From the NCBI GenBank assembly GCA_010093815.1, contig ML996566.1: 64,000 bases of DNA. One strand, written 5' to 3'. The stretch is from Pseudovirgaria hyperparasitica (taxonomy: Eukaryota). Positions within the stretch are counted from its first letter, which is position 1; every line of letters begins with the position of its first letter. The position numbers were made by a program, and so were the translations under genes. Positions 13,308 to 24,963 of this stretch are shown in pieces. The notes beneath the pieces were generated by a model. It had not been told where the DNA came from, did not search any database, and worked only from the letters and a program-made list of their open reading frames with translations.

Positions 13308-15476
13308 ATGCCGTCCCGGGCACAAAGCTACACCCGAAGTCAGCGCACACGCACGCGCAGAGCATCAAACACATCAGCACCACAAAAAGTCTCACTTCAG
13401 CAGCATATTCCTTTTACTTTACCCTCACCTACTAGTTCCGTCTTGCCCGTAAGGCAGTCACTTAAAACCCCGCTAACCCGCCATCCACATGATACTCAAT
13501 TCGAAAATTTGGTGCCAAAACAAGCGACGCTCGGGGGAAAGCCAAGCAATGGCTCAATAACGAAATCTCGCGTGCAAAATGTCAGCCTGAAGTTTGTTAC
13601 AGCCACAGGTACACTTGAAACGTTCAAGGACAAGCAGTCGCTCAACGAGATCCGACGGCATGTCATGGTCGATTATCTCAACAAGCACCAGCCGGAGCCC
13701 AACACCCTCCAACGACGTAGAGACTCCGTACAGGCACTCGAGCTACAAGGGAATGTGGTGGAGAATCCAGTCCAGCAGTTCGATACTCTTCGAGGTGCAA
13801 TTTCTAATGAATATGCGTTGAAACTCTTCAAACAACCGAGTAAACGGAAATCACTAGCTTCGTCATCAGAAGAGGACCTTTCAGAGGATCAACAAGAACA
13901 TAATAAACGCCCCGACCTTACAGGGTCTCTTGAAGATGTCAACAAGATAGCACAATTCGATACCGCTCTTCTCACCAAATTCGCCAAATGTGACATTGTT
14001 GATATTAAGCAGCCTCTGGTCATTCCTGCGGATATTTCAAGCTGGACGGCGGAGACTTACCAACGCAGAACTCTGGAGGGTTCGTCAACGGGGCCACCCT
14101 TAGATCCATTCGGCACAATGGTCAAGAGTCGCCATCGAGAGGTCAACAATGAGGCACTAAAGTACAACTGTAAATTTCTCTATGGAAGTAAAGCCATGGT
14201 CTCAACTTGGACACGTGACCTAGGCCATACTCCCCACGGATATATTGCGACATTATACCTTAGCTCCACTCATATAGATGTTATGAGAGGCTTACACCAT
14301 GAGAGCATACCTACGAGACTGCTAAGAGACGAGAGTATCCAGTTAATCAGAGGGCGAGTTCACCCTTCAACATTTGCTCACGATACAACAATTCAGGCGG
14401 CACTGACTGTTCTCTGCGGTGAAATCATCCAAGGAAGTAGTAGAGAAGCGATTCAATGGCATGAAGATGCCATACTCCAGATGGTCTCGCACCGTGGTGG
14501 TCTCATGAAACTTGGCTTCAGGGAGCTGACCGCGATCATTGCAATGTGAGCTTCAATCTCCATTCTGTTTCTAATACCACCAGCTTACATGAAAGTGAAC
14601 AGGGTATTCATGCAATCAGCAATATTTCGAGAATCACAAGCTCCAGAAACTATCTCCACCTGCATGGCCCGTCTCCAAGTCACCACCGCGGACCCAACTA
14701 AACCAGTCCCGGAATCCCCCCTTTACTGCCCCCGATCGGACGGCCATTTTACCACCATTGCAGTCCGGTGCCACCCGCACACCCTGGCGATTCTCTACGA
14801 AACACGAATACTCACTGACCTCGTCGTCGACGCCTCGCACCCCTTCCGTAGCATTAGCATCTTCCCCGGCGCCATCCTCTCTGAACCCGAGATGCACATG
14901 CAGCGCCTGCACGCTCGTCTCCAGAACCGACCTTCAGCTCACGATAACAGGCATGCTACGTATAAAGACTGGACTTACGAGGCTTGCCGGCTCGCAGCAC
15001 TCGTCTACTCGACCGCCATTGCCAAACGCACGTCTATCTCCGCCGCCGTCACAATGACGTCCATCAATCGCGCGCAGACCGAAACGTCGCCGTACGCCGT
15101 TCTCGAACAGCTGAAGGCGGCACTAGAGAAGTCGCATGCGGCCGACGAGTGCTGGATGGACACTAAGATGACAGGCGTGCTCTTCTGGATCACGCTCGTC
15201 GCTGGGGCCGCATGTTCACGCTTCCTAACGCGATCGCCATCGCTCAGTACATATTCAGGCTTCGGCGAGGCCGACAGCGTCCGAGGCGAGTACGCGCCGC
15301 AGGACAGCGAGAGGTATTTGCGTAAATGGTTTACTGCGATCAGTGTGCGGTGTACGATTTTGATGGGGTTTGAGCATGGGATTCCGGTCTTGTTGAGTCT
15401 GAGGAAGATGTTGGCTGTGCTGGAGTTATTGACGCCCGGGGGTGGAAAGAACGATTGGGGCGAGGTGCACTTTTGA
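13308..15476 (+). CDS. Fungal-specific transcription-factor-like protein with no recognisable Zn cluster; 2 exons
   Basis: Two long ORFs joined by a GTGAGC..CAG intron (about 14546-14601). Family-like motifs FV..FKD....IRRHVM..YL, LDPF, ESPLYCP, YEACRLAALVY and GVLFWITLV. Confidence 0.65.
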
Positions 15477-15711
15477 GGGCGAGGGTTTTACCGGGATTCT
15501 TGTCAAGGCTGTAAAAGATACTCTGTTGGTGTTGGAGAGGCGTACTGTTCAAGGAATTGCGATTCTTTATTTGAGGACTCTCTGTCATACAGTCGTTATC
15601 ATATTGGCACCTCTTCTGATCTTATCATAAGTTGTATTTAGAAGAAATCGCCGCAAGGCTTTCCATCCCTGTCCATAACTACCCCTCGACAATATACCGT
15701 GTTCCTGTGCC

Positions 15712-16009
15712 TTAACCGTGTGTGACCTTTCTGACCGTGTTGTCTTCACCAACATGAATGTTGAGTCTGTCAGGGTTGTGATCCATGGTCATCATGTCAC
15801 CCTCCTTGACTACTCGGTGCGTCTCCGGGAGGTCTTTCTTTGCAAAAGTCTACACGGACAAGTTAGCCTTATATTCAAGTTTACGGATAAGGAGGAAGAC
15901 CTACAGTCTCATTACTGGTTTCACCAATCTTCTTGCCCATCAGCTTAGTCTGCCAGTCGGAGCTCGAGGACGAGTCCTTGGAGTTGAGGCCGGGGACGAC
16001 GAGAGGCAT
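15712..16009 (-). CDS. Small 80-aa peptidase inhibitor I78-family protein; 2 exons
   Basis: Spliced MPLVVPGLNS..WQTKLMGKKIGETSNET|TFAKKDLPETHRVVKEGDMMTMDHNPDRLNIHVGEDNTVRKVTHG. TMD..PDRLN is the I78 signature. Intron 15904-15850. The ORF track does not show it as one ORF. Confidence 0.85.
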
Positions 16010-16953
16010 GTTGTGTTGTCGTGAAGCGTGTAGTGATCTTGTTGTCTCGTAGATTGCTCTTGCAGAATTCTGGACAGGTTGCTTGTGAGTTGGGAGTAGA
16101 TTGTGAAGGCGGAGACGAGGTTTAAGGGTCATGGACGAGCACTTGAAGCCTGATTGTTCACTCCCTTATGCCGCTGGTACGCGTGCCAGGAGGGGCAAAT
16201 GATGACGTATGAACCGCATAGGTATAGTTGAGCACGATGGTACGAGAGATGCGTTTCACAACATCCATCAATCATCACAGGTATAGATTCAGCCTTGCAA
16301 GTTTGATGAATTGGCCACCTTCATTTGAGGAGACTGAGGACTCGTGATAGTATGCTTGCTTTGATGTCCCTTGCTCAATGTTGAGCAATGTTATACCTAC
16401 CACCAGCAACCATTAGCTCAAAAATAAACTGCTCCGGACATGTGGCATTCTATATCTCCATCATTACAAACCCGGAGATCAGGCAATAAGAGGATACAGT
16501 CGAGTTTCACCGAGACTTACGTAGACAGGGGGTCCCGAGGGTACTCAACGTGGCAGTCACCGGATATACAAGTTATACACAAGTCCGAAGTGGGCTTCTT
16601 TGGATAGCTAGGTCATCGAGCGCCAAGACAGATTTCAGTGAGAATGGATGCGTATCCAGACTAACCCCAGTAACTAACTATGGATTAGAGCTAAATCCGT
16701 GACGTGCACACTTTTACTTATCTCCGAATAAGTTGGAAGTCTTCAGGTTGTTCGTGCAGTGAAATCTAACTTCCAGCGTTAGACTCCCACTAGTACATCC
16801 ATATAAGAAGAACGGCCTGCCCTGTCAAGAACAGCGTCTCTCACTATTGCCCTACCTCGATCATAAACTACAAAGACAGCGTCAGCCCTCACCGTCCAAA
16901 ATCTATTATCAACGATTTTACTCAAGACTTTACATTGAATTATCTTCAAGAAA

Positions 16954-17949
16954 ATGTCGCAACAACTCGTGGGAAAACCAGTCAGCAAAACTGGGTTTGG
17001 TCTTATGGGTTTGACTTGGCGCCCGACCCCGATTCCATTCGAAGAATCCATCGAGATTATGCATCAGGCATTTCATAAGCACGGCGCAAACTTCTTCGTT
17101 GGAGGGGTCTTCTATGGCCCACCAGAGCGTAACAGTCTACATCTACTCAAGGCATATTTCGATAAATATCCTGAAGACGCTGAAAAGGTCATCGTGTCAA
17201 TCAAGGGCGGCAATGATCCGAAAACCCTGGCACCCCAAGCGAATGAGAAGGACTTGACTGCCGATATTGAGTTCTGCCTGAAAACTCTAGACAACAAGAA
17301 AATCGACATCTTCGAGGCGTCTCGTGTCGATCCCAAGGTCCCGATCGAGGATTCCCTAAGCTACATCAAGAGATATGTTGATGCTGGCAAGATCGGAGGC
17401 GTGGCCATCTCCGAAGTAAATGCCACTTCAGTCCGGAAAGCAGCCAAGTTCACAAACATCGTCGCGTGCGAGATTGAGTTTTCGCTTTTTCATACTGCCC
17501 CTCTCACGAATGGGGTCTTCGCTGCCTGCAAGGAGCATAACATTCCCGTTATTGCGTACTCACCACTGGGCAGAGGCTTTTTGACTGGCCAAATCAGGAC
17601 ACCAGAGGACATTCCGGAGGGAGACTTTCGCAGGACTATCCCACGCTTCCAGGGCGAGACATTCTACGAAAACATCAAGCTAGTGAGAGCCATCGAACAG
17701 CTGGCGGAAAAGAAAGGATGCACATCTGGGCAAGTTGCACTTTCTTGGATTGAGCAGCAGAGTGGGAGGAATGGTAATCCTGTTATTATTCCCATTCCAG
17801 GGACTACCTCACAAAAGCGATTGGTTGAGAATATGGTTCGCGTTCACCTCACAGATGAGGACTTTAAGGAAATTGATGGAATTATTGCCAGCATTCCAAT
17901 CTCCGGCACACGATACGGAGGACACGCTTTGTCGGTTATTGATGGCTGA
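16954..17949 (+). CDS. Aldo-keto reductase (pyridoxal reductase-like), intronless
   Basis: GFGLMG, FYG, SIKGG, IDIFE.SRVD, GKIGGVAISE, AYSPLGRGFLTG, IPIPGT. Confidence 0.9.
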   Translation: MSQQLVGKPVSKTGFGLMGLTWRPTPIPFEESIEIMHQAFHKHGANFFVGGVFYGPPERNSLHLLKAYFDKYPEDAEKVIVSIKGGNDPKTLAPQANEKDLTADIEFCLKTLDNKKIDIFEASRVDPKVPIEDSLSYIKRYVDAGKIGGVAISEVNATSVRKAAKFTNIVACEIEFSLFHTAPLTNGVFAACKEHNIPVIAYSPLGRGFLTGQIRTPEDIPEGDFRRTIPRFQGETFYENIKLVRAIEQLAEKKGCTSGQVALSWIEQQSGRNGNPVIIPIPGTTSQKRLVENMVRVHLTDEDFKEIDGIIASIPISGTRYGGHALSVIDG

Positions 17950-18180
17950 AGGAACGTAGAATCAAACGAAAGCCCCAAATAGAGACTTACGAATGAAGCT
18001 GTAATACATACAGAATAGTATGCCGACATTTCAGATCTAATAAAAATCCTCCTAGTTGCCTGAAAAACGCGCGTTCTGACGCTTATCCATAAATTTTAAG
18101 AATTACGTCTGTATGTCAACACATTAGCTTGGGACGAGGAATCATGAACAAGTATGGCGTTGAATAGGAGCAATAATGTG

Positions 18181-18267
18181 TCAGATCAAGTGTAGTGTGT
18201 TTTTCATTCGCTCACTCGGTTATCGCGTAACGAGAACCGTAACGAATTGCAGATTGATGTTCATCAC
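18181..18267 (-). ncRNA. Intronic box C/D snoRNA/scaRNA, predicted guide for 2'-O-methylation of U2 snRNA
   Basis: Box C GTGATGA (18267-18261) and box D CTGA (18184-18181). The 12 nt just before box D (ACTACACTTGAT) are complementary to the invariant U2 sequence AUCAAGUGUAGU. It lies inside a GTAAGT..GCTAAT..CAG intron (18306-18109). Confidence 0.8.
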
Positions 18268-18583
18268 GATGCGTAGGAATCAAACGATAAGAGATACTCC
18301 ACTTACTGTTCGGCTAGTAGAAGATGACAGTTATCTGAATTCGACATCCTGCTGATGGGCCTATAGCTCACATTTTTTGTTATTGAGTGGTGACAACGGT
18401 GACATGAATATCGAGAGAGAAGTGGTGGCGGCACGCCTCTCATGGATTTAATGAGCTACCCACAATGAGACTAGCTTGCCGCGTCGCGATCTAATCTAAA
18501 GTCGGACACTCCTCAGAGTCGTTGGTCGACAACCAACCAACACGACAGCACTTCATACACATAATCCATACCGTACACCCATC

Positions 18584-19850
18584 ATGTCTTCTGCTGGCTC
18601 ACCTCTCTCTCCAACTTCACAACTATCATCCCTTGACGAGCCGCTTTCCTCCTACGACTCTGAAGACTTCGACGACGTAAAGCCCAAGAGGAGTGCTCGA
18701 CGCTCTCCCGATGCAGACAAAGGCAGCGGACGGCCGACTAAACGTCAACGACGTAGGGAAGCTCGCCCTCACTTAGACCCTCCCCCTCCGGCCGAAGTAG
18801 ATCTATACGAGAACGAAGTGGTATCAGATGATACCGATGGCAGCGTCCCTGCTTCGCCGAGCCACCCTGGTGATGAAGACGTACACGAGCGGCAAGTAAC
18901 TTGGTGCAAATGGGACGGCTGCCAGGCCGGCGACATCGGGAATATGGATAAGTTGGTGGAACATCTTCATGAGGACCACATTGGAGTGCGACAGAAAAAG
19001 TACTCGTGCGAATGGGTAGATTGCTCCAGAAAAGGTATACCACATGCCAGTGGGTACGCATTGCGCGCTCATATGCGGAGCCATACCCGAGAGAAACCCT
19101 TCTTCTGCACATTACCTGGTAAGACGATACGTGAACACAGTCATGTGCCCCACTGATATATGTCCAGAGTGCGATCGTTCGTTCACCCGCTCCGATGCGT
19201 TAGCAAAGCATATGCGCACCGTCCATGAGACTGAAGCCCTCCGCCCATCAGATCCCGTCCCCAAACACCACTCGTCCAACGTTGGCAAGACCTACCAGCG
19301 CCTCAAACTCATCTTCAACAAAAACAACGGTGATAAAAATGACTCCCCACCACCTTCATCCCCAGGCATGTCCAATCCAATGCACCCTGATCCGAATCAC
19401 GCCCTCAACAATGTTCAATACTACGCGGATCCAAGCACACCCAGCGGCGTTGGCCGTATCTTCCCCAATGACATCCACTTCACTCCAGAAGAGCTCGCAA
19501 TGCCAGCCGATCAGCTTTTCCATCTTCTTCGTCGTCAACAGCATTGGGCGCTACAAGAGTCCGAGGAGCTGAAGATTGAGTTTGACGACCTCGAGAAGAA
19601 GCGATTTGAGGAGTGGATGCGCAAGGAGCTTGTGTTGGAAAATATGCAGGAAGCTGACTTGATGCGTATGATGCGCAATAGGCAAGACATGGGAGTCGCT
19701 GCAGATGGCCTAGAGGGCTTGTGGAGGGTCCTTGAGGAGGATGTAGCACCCTCAAAGAAACTGGAGATTAAGGGGAAGCAGCCTTGGTGGCGCACTGTGG
19801 TTACCAGCACACCAACCGACGGTGAAGTACCAGATCTCAGAGGAGCATAG
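18584..19850 (+). CDS. C2H2 zinc-finger protein (INO80 complex subunit Iec1-like); 2 exons
   Basis: Three C2H2 fingers: CKWDGC..HLHEDH, CEWVDC..SGYALRAHMRSHTREKPFFC and LPECDRSFTRSDALAKHMRTVHE. Intron 19119-19167. C-terminal coiled coil. Confidence 0.85.
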
Positions 19851-20118
19851 GAGTCGGAAGATTGGTGGCACAGGGGTGTATGGGGCAATGGAACTTTGTA
19901 ATGCATTTACCGGCGCGGAGTTTCATGGATTACGTTTAGGGAAACACACGATCGTGTACTACGGACGCGGCTTGTTATGTTAAAGGTCTGGCTTTCTCCC
20001 AAGTCCTTAAGGCACGTAGCACTAATGATCCAATGTTACCCATCCCATGGTACTTCTATAGCAGAATAATGCTACACATGGCACGTACGCTAAAGGCTGT
20101 TGCTAACAATAGAGGCAA

Positions 20119-21333
20119 TTATTGACCACCTCCAGGGGCTCCTCTGCCTGCTCCACCAGCTCCAGACCCCATGAAGTTGCGCGCCCTACCGGAGTGTTAG
20201 TATAAAGTCTGAATGTCTAGCCGATATATGTACTTACATCTCAGCAATACTCGGATCGTTCATCAGACTCGAAAGATCAGGCATGCCACCTCCCTGTCCG
20301 CCATTATTTACCCCTTGGCCACCACCGCCTCCTGAGAAGTTCTCGGCCATCTCTCTTAGTCTCGGGTTGCTCATCAGGTTGTTCATCGCATCTGGGTTGC
20401 TCATCAGGTTCTGGGCCATCTGCCTCATCATTGGATTGTTCATCAATGCGCCAAGATCGGGCATGCCACCTGCACCTGCACCTCCGCCTCCGCCAAACAT
20501 TCCAGCCAGCGCAGAAAGATCTGGCATACTACCAGCTCCGCCACCCGGCATGCCTCTTGATGCATCTGGAGCCCCGACATCTCCGGCCTCTTCTTCATAC
20601 TTTCTCTTTGCTGTCTCGTAGCCTCTCTTCATGGCATCACTGCCTCCGCTACCCTCGGCGTCGATACCTGCCTTGTAGGCCTCCATACTGCCTTTAGCAT
20701 CACCAAGCGCATACTTCGCAAGTCCAAGTCTGCTCCAAGCCTTTGTGTACTTCGGATCCGCAGCGACCGCCATCTCGGCATCTTGCTTTGCCTCTTCGTG
20801 CATCTGCGATCCACTGTACGCCGCAGCACGATTGGAAAGGTAAATAGGGTTCAGCGGAGTCAAATCCAGCGCCTTAGTGTAGAACTCGATTGCTGACTTG
20901 TAATCCTTCTTCTGCATTGCCGCGTTGCCCTGACCTTTGAGCTTTTCGGCCTCCTCCTTCCCTCCTGCGCCTGTCGCGCTGGTCTGTGGTGTTGCCGGTC
21001 GTGCTTCCGTCGCACTGCTTGGACCCTCAGTGCTGGGTGTGCTGCGCCCCTTGAGTTTCTCATAGACAGAGTATATGGAGAGGAGATTCTGGCCGCCGAG
21101 GGCGTCGGCCATGGCCTTTGTGTCGGAGGCATCGACCTTGAAGGCTTCGGCGATACAGTTGGTGGCAATCTCGATTGACTCTACGTCTTCGCTATCTATG
21201 GTACCGTCGGTCGCAGAGGTGTTGAGGAAGTTGATCATTGCGAGCGCGAGGCGCTTCTTTGAGGTTGCTTGGGAAGCCTGGTGGGGTTTTTGTTAGTTGG
21301 GATATTGCAGAAGTTGTCGACTGGGATTACCAT
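20119..21333 (-). CDS. SGT2: Small glutamine-rich TPR co-chaperone Sgt2; 3 exons, the first coding exon being ATG only
   Basis: Dimerisation domain (ESIEIATNCIAEAF), TPRs (AEKLKGQGN..YLSNRAAAY..KAWSRLG) and DP/NP repeats. Introns at 21330-21278 and 20237-20186. Confidence 0.93.
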
Positions 21334-22167
21334 GATGGCTTATGTTAATATGGAATGGTACTGTTTGAGAACGTTCTTTTGCAAGTCCGTTGCACAATAT
21401 CTGTTACCAAAGATGTTCTTGTTGCAACCCAGGCGACATATGCAAGGTAACATTTCGAAGCAGTTGGAATCACTGAGGTGGAGCTAGTTGGACCGAAGTA
21501 TTACCGTAGGAGTGAGTAACAACCTGTTGCTAGCACACATCAATTTCATCTAAGATCTAGAGTTATAGAAAATACCGAACTATATCCAACAGAGAAATTC
21601 ATACTATGTGGTGGATGGACTTTCTGACTACGAACCAAATCCTCACGATCAGCTATACCTCCAAGCACAAACTAATGGCCTGACGACGAGGTCGCAGCCA
21701 ATGCAGCAACGTAGGCTGTTACGTAGCGTACCGTCGAAATCAAAGAACTATGAATATTTCATACGCGACCACCAGGCCCATTTTGCACACGGGGTCAGTT
21801 GGTTCATATGTCCCTACTATGCTGACGGGACAGCGAGTCTTTTGTCGTATTCGCATTGGTTGCTGCCAAGGCTTGTTGTTTCTTGTTCGTTTTTGACCAT
21901 GGATTGCTGATGCAGGATCCGGAACATTACTTCATTTGTAAAAACTGATGTTCTAGGGCCCAATGCTTCGCAGGATTCCCGTATGTATCGTTAGAAGCCA
22001 TACAGGACTAATCGTAGCTATTCCCCGCGCCGACCTGACCAATGACGTCTAGCTCTTCGGCTTGACGGAGAATGCTCAGTCATATAAAACGTAGGTGAAT
22101 AGTGGGCTATATCTGACCTCTCCTTTACTCAATTGACACCACGAACTTTCAAACGAAATCTCCAAAA

Positions 22168-22854
22168 ATGGCGCCTATCACTCTCTACTTTCTTCAAGCC
22201 TCACGCTCCATCCGGATCGCTTGGCTCCTCGAGGAACTTAAGATTCCTTACGAGACCAAGTTCTATTGGCGAGAAAACAATAAGGCACCACCCACGTTCA
22301 AAACCGAGTCTGGTAGTCCGCTTGGTAAAGCTCCTGTCATCCGTGATGGAGACAATATTGTCTATGAGTCCGGCGCTATCGTCGAATATCTTGCTTCGAA
22401 GTACGATCCGGACCACCGCATCATCCCCGCGAACGATGATCCCAAGTATCCGGATGTATTGCAGTGGATACATGCTGCGGAAGGGCAGATTCTGCTACAT
22501 GCCCTGAGCATCACCTACGCAACGTGGATGAGTCCTCCAGCTGTCAAGGAGTCTGGCGGATTTGACAAGCTGCTGGAGAATCTTTCTATCAACGTAGTAC
22601 GGGACTTCGACTGGCTGGAAGGAGAGCTGGGAAAGAACTCTGGTGACTTCCTAGTCGGTAATACAGTCACTGGCGCAGACATTATGACTGCATTCAGCGC
22701 GAGATTTGTCCTCACTAGAGAGCTGGGAACGAAGGGGAAGACATGGTCAAATGTGAACAAATGGCTAAAGAAGTGTGAAAGTACGAAAACATATCAAGAC
22801 GCGGTCAAGAAGACGGGCCACTCGTTAGATAATGGTGGTAATAAGCCGCAGTAG
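22168..22854 (+). CDS. Glutathione S-transferase (GTT1-like), intronless
   Basis: SRSIRIAWLLEEL, PLGKAPVI, ESGAIVEYL, TGADIM. TATA-like CATATAAAA at about 22081. Confidence 0.92.
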   Translation: MAPITLYFLQASRSIRIAWLLEELKIPYETKFYWRENNKAPPTFKTESGSPLGKAPVIRDGDNIVYESGAIVEYLASKYDPDHRIIPANDDPKYPDVLQWIHAAEGQILLHALSITYATWMSPPAVKESGGFDKLLENLSINVVRDFDWLEGELGKNSGDFLVGNTVTGADIMTAFSARFVLTRELGTKGKTWSNVNKWLKKCESTKTYQDAVKKTGHSLDNGGNKPQ

Positions 22855-23093
22855 ACGTCGCAGGTCCAGACCACTTTGTGGGACTCTGCTAGTAGAAGCG
22901 TTCATAGCTTCCAATCCATATAAGGTGTCAAGCCAATGGTACGACGACCGGGCGGACTTGACATCCTTGGATGCTCATGCTCCATGCGCGCCTCTGCCGT
23001 ATATGTTGGTCTTGAGACTTCTTTGTATCTCTTCTGCACTTCTCCATTTCCACGGCCGTCCCCTTCCTTACACTCGCTGTACACAGCTTTGTT

Positions 23094-23721
23094 TCAATCC
23101 AAACCCAGGTTCCACAATCCATCCCCTAGGTAATGACCTGCTCTACAAGCCTGGCCCTTTTTCTTCGTCTTCATATCGGCCGTTCCCATTGCGAGCTGAC
23201 CCACAAAACAAGCCGTTTCTTTCCCCTCCGCCTCAATCACCACGACGTCTCCCTCGTCCAGCTCCTCCTTGCCGTACCTGAAATCCGAACCACCGTCCGC
23301 GACCGCCTCACCCGGTAATCGTCCACCAGGAGATGTTAGACCCGGAACCATCAGCGAGGCACCTGACAGTACGAAGCGGATAGCGCCACGGTCGATACGG
23401 AGCTTAGAGAAACACTGTGGGTATTTGTGCACGAGAGTAAGGTGTGGGAGGAGCGCATCGTCCATATGTTGGAAGAAGAGAGGGCGCGGGCCAAGTGTGT
23501 ACAGAGAGCAACGGTCAGGGAGCTTCACCAAGTCTAATTGCTCTTTCTTGGGCAGTATATCGTCGATATATGGTTCAAGAGCTGGGTATGTGTCCAAGAC
23601 TTTCTGGCGTATGGCGCGCTGTGCGGAGGACTTTACTTTGGACTTGGAGCCCGCGGAGATGCTATGTGACCGTCAGCCTTGGTCGTGACATGGTTGAGCT
23701 TGCCTACTCTTTCTTGAACAT
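23094..23721 (-). CDS. TMA20: Translation machinery-associated protein 20 (MCT-1, PUA domain); 2 exons
   Basis: MFKKD|ISAGSKSKVKSSAQRAIR..PHLTLVHKYP..DRGAIRFVLSGA.LM.PGLTS.GG..HYLGDGLW. Intron at about 23707-23662. Confidence 0.93.
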
Positions 23722-24016
23722 GTTGGAGTGTATCGTAGTGGTTATGTGTCGATGTTTTGGTGAAGATCAAGTGCCCCTCTATTCCATATTTTGGTAGGGC
23801 GGGGCAGCGCCTGACGTCGGAGTCGGAGCTATCCTCACGGTTCACCGTGTGCGCTGGATCGTGCCCCAAACTACCCAGCCCCTCCCTCTTCTACAGGAGC
23901 TCGACCTCGGAAGCTTCAACGTCACTGTCTCACGGCACTGTGGCAACCTTCGACATGTTCAAGACAACAACCTTTCCTGCAGCTTCCAGCTTCTTTATAT
24001 ACGTAGACCTAGTATT

Positions 24017-24802
24017 ATGAATCCACCCCCTCTACCACCACGTCCTATCTGGCAACCTACACCTGGGACGACCTGGAACTACATCCTAAACACTACTCTA
24101 CGCATCGACCCAAGCATCTCTCATCATTCGGTCTACATCATTGATCTATTTGACAATGACGCCGCAAAAGTCGCTCACCTACACGCGCTCGGGCGCAAAG
24201 TGATTGCCTACTTCTCCGCCGGCACTTACGAAGACTGGCGCCCAGATGCTGCACATTTCCCCAAATGTGACCTGGGCTGCAAAATGGACGATTGGGAGGG
24301 AGAGAAGTGGGTACAAACGAGCTCTGGAAAGATCCGCGACATTATGCGTGCTCGGATCGACTTGGCACGTGCGAAAGGATTCGATGGGGTAGACCCTGAC
24401 AATGTCGACGCGTACGATAACAAGAATGGACTGAAATTGTCAAAGGCGGATGCGATTGACTATGTTCGTTTCTTGGCACAAGAAGCTCATGCGCGAGGTC
24501 TAGCATGTGGTTTGAAGAACGCGGGCGATATTGTGCCCACGGTCGTCCGTGATGTCGAGTACTGTGTTCAAGAGCAATGTGTCGAATTTGACGATGTAGA
24601 TATGTTCGTCCCTTTCATAGAGCACGGGAAGCCAGTCTTCCATGTCGAGTATCCCAAAGGTGATGATCCCGATAGCAAAAAGATGAATAATGACCGAGAC
24701 GTCTCACCGAAGCAAAGAGACAAGGCTTTCAAGGCTAGATCAAAGGGCTTTTCGACCATTATTAAAAATGTGAAGTTGGATCAGTGGATACAAGTGTCTT
24801 AA
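24017..24802 (+). CDS. Glycoside hydrolase family 114 (endo-alpha-1,4-polygalactosaminidase-like)
   Basis: WQP..G.TW, IDLFD, KVIAYFSAGTYEDWRPD, KGFDGVDPDNVD, GLKNA, EQC, KPVFHVEY. First in-frame ATG at 24017. Confidence 0.92.
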   Translation: MNPPPLPPRPIWQPTPGTTWNYILNTTLRIDPSISHHSVYIIDLFDNDAAKVAHLHALGRKVIAYFSAGTYEDWRPDAAHFPKCDLGCKMDDWEGEKWVQTSSGKIRDIMRARIDLARAKGFDGVDPDNVDAYDNKNGLKLSKADAIDYVRFLAQEAHARGLACGLKNAGDIVPTVVRDVEYCVQEQCVEFDDVDMFVPFIEHGKPVFHVEYPKGDDPDSKKMNNDRDVSPKQRDKAFKARSKGFSTIIKNVKLDQWIQVS

Positions 24803-24963
24803 AGAACAATGGATTAGGTGGCCCAAAGCGTCATTAATACCCAAACGCTGACATGACTGCTACTCCTGTTCCAATGACTCTAACGCCCTGCCCGTTTACA
24901 TGCACCGAATCCTGTTTACAGAAATCCCGCCCGAAGTGCTCGCCATTTAGCGACTCTGTCAGC

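Noticed and set aside
18183..18196. Plus-strand AGATCAAGTGTAGT as a U2 snRNA gene or pseudogene
   Set aside because: The flanks lack the U2 5' stem and Sm-site context. The match is better explained as the antisense guide of the minus-strand C/D RNA.
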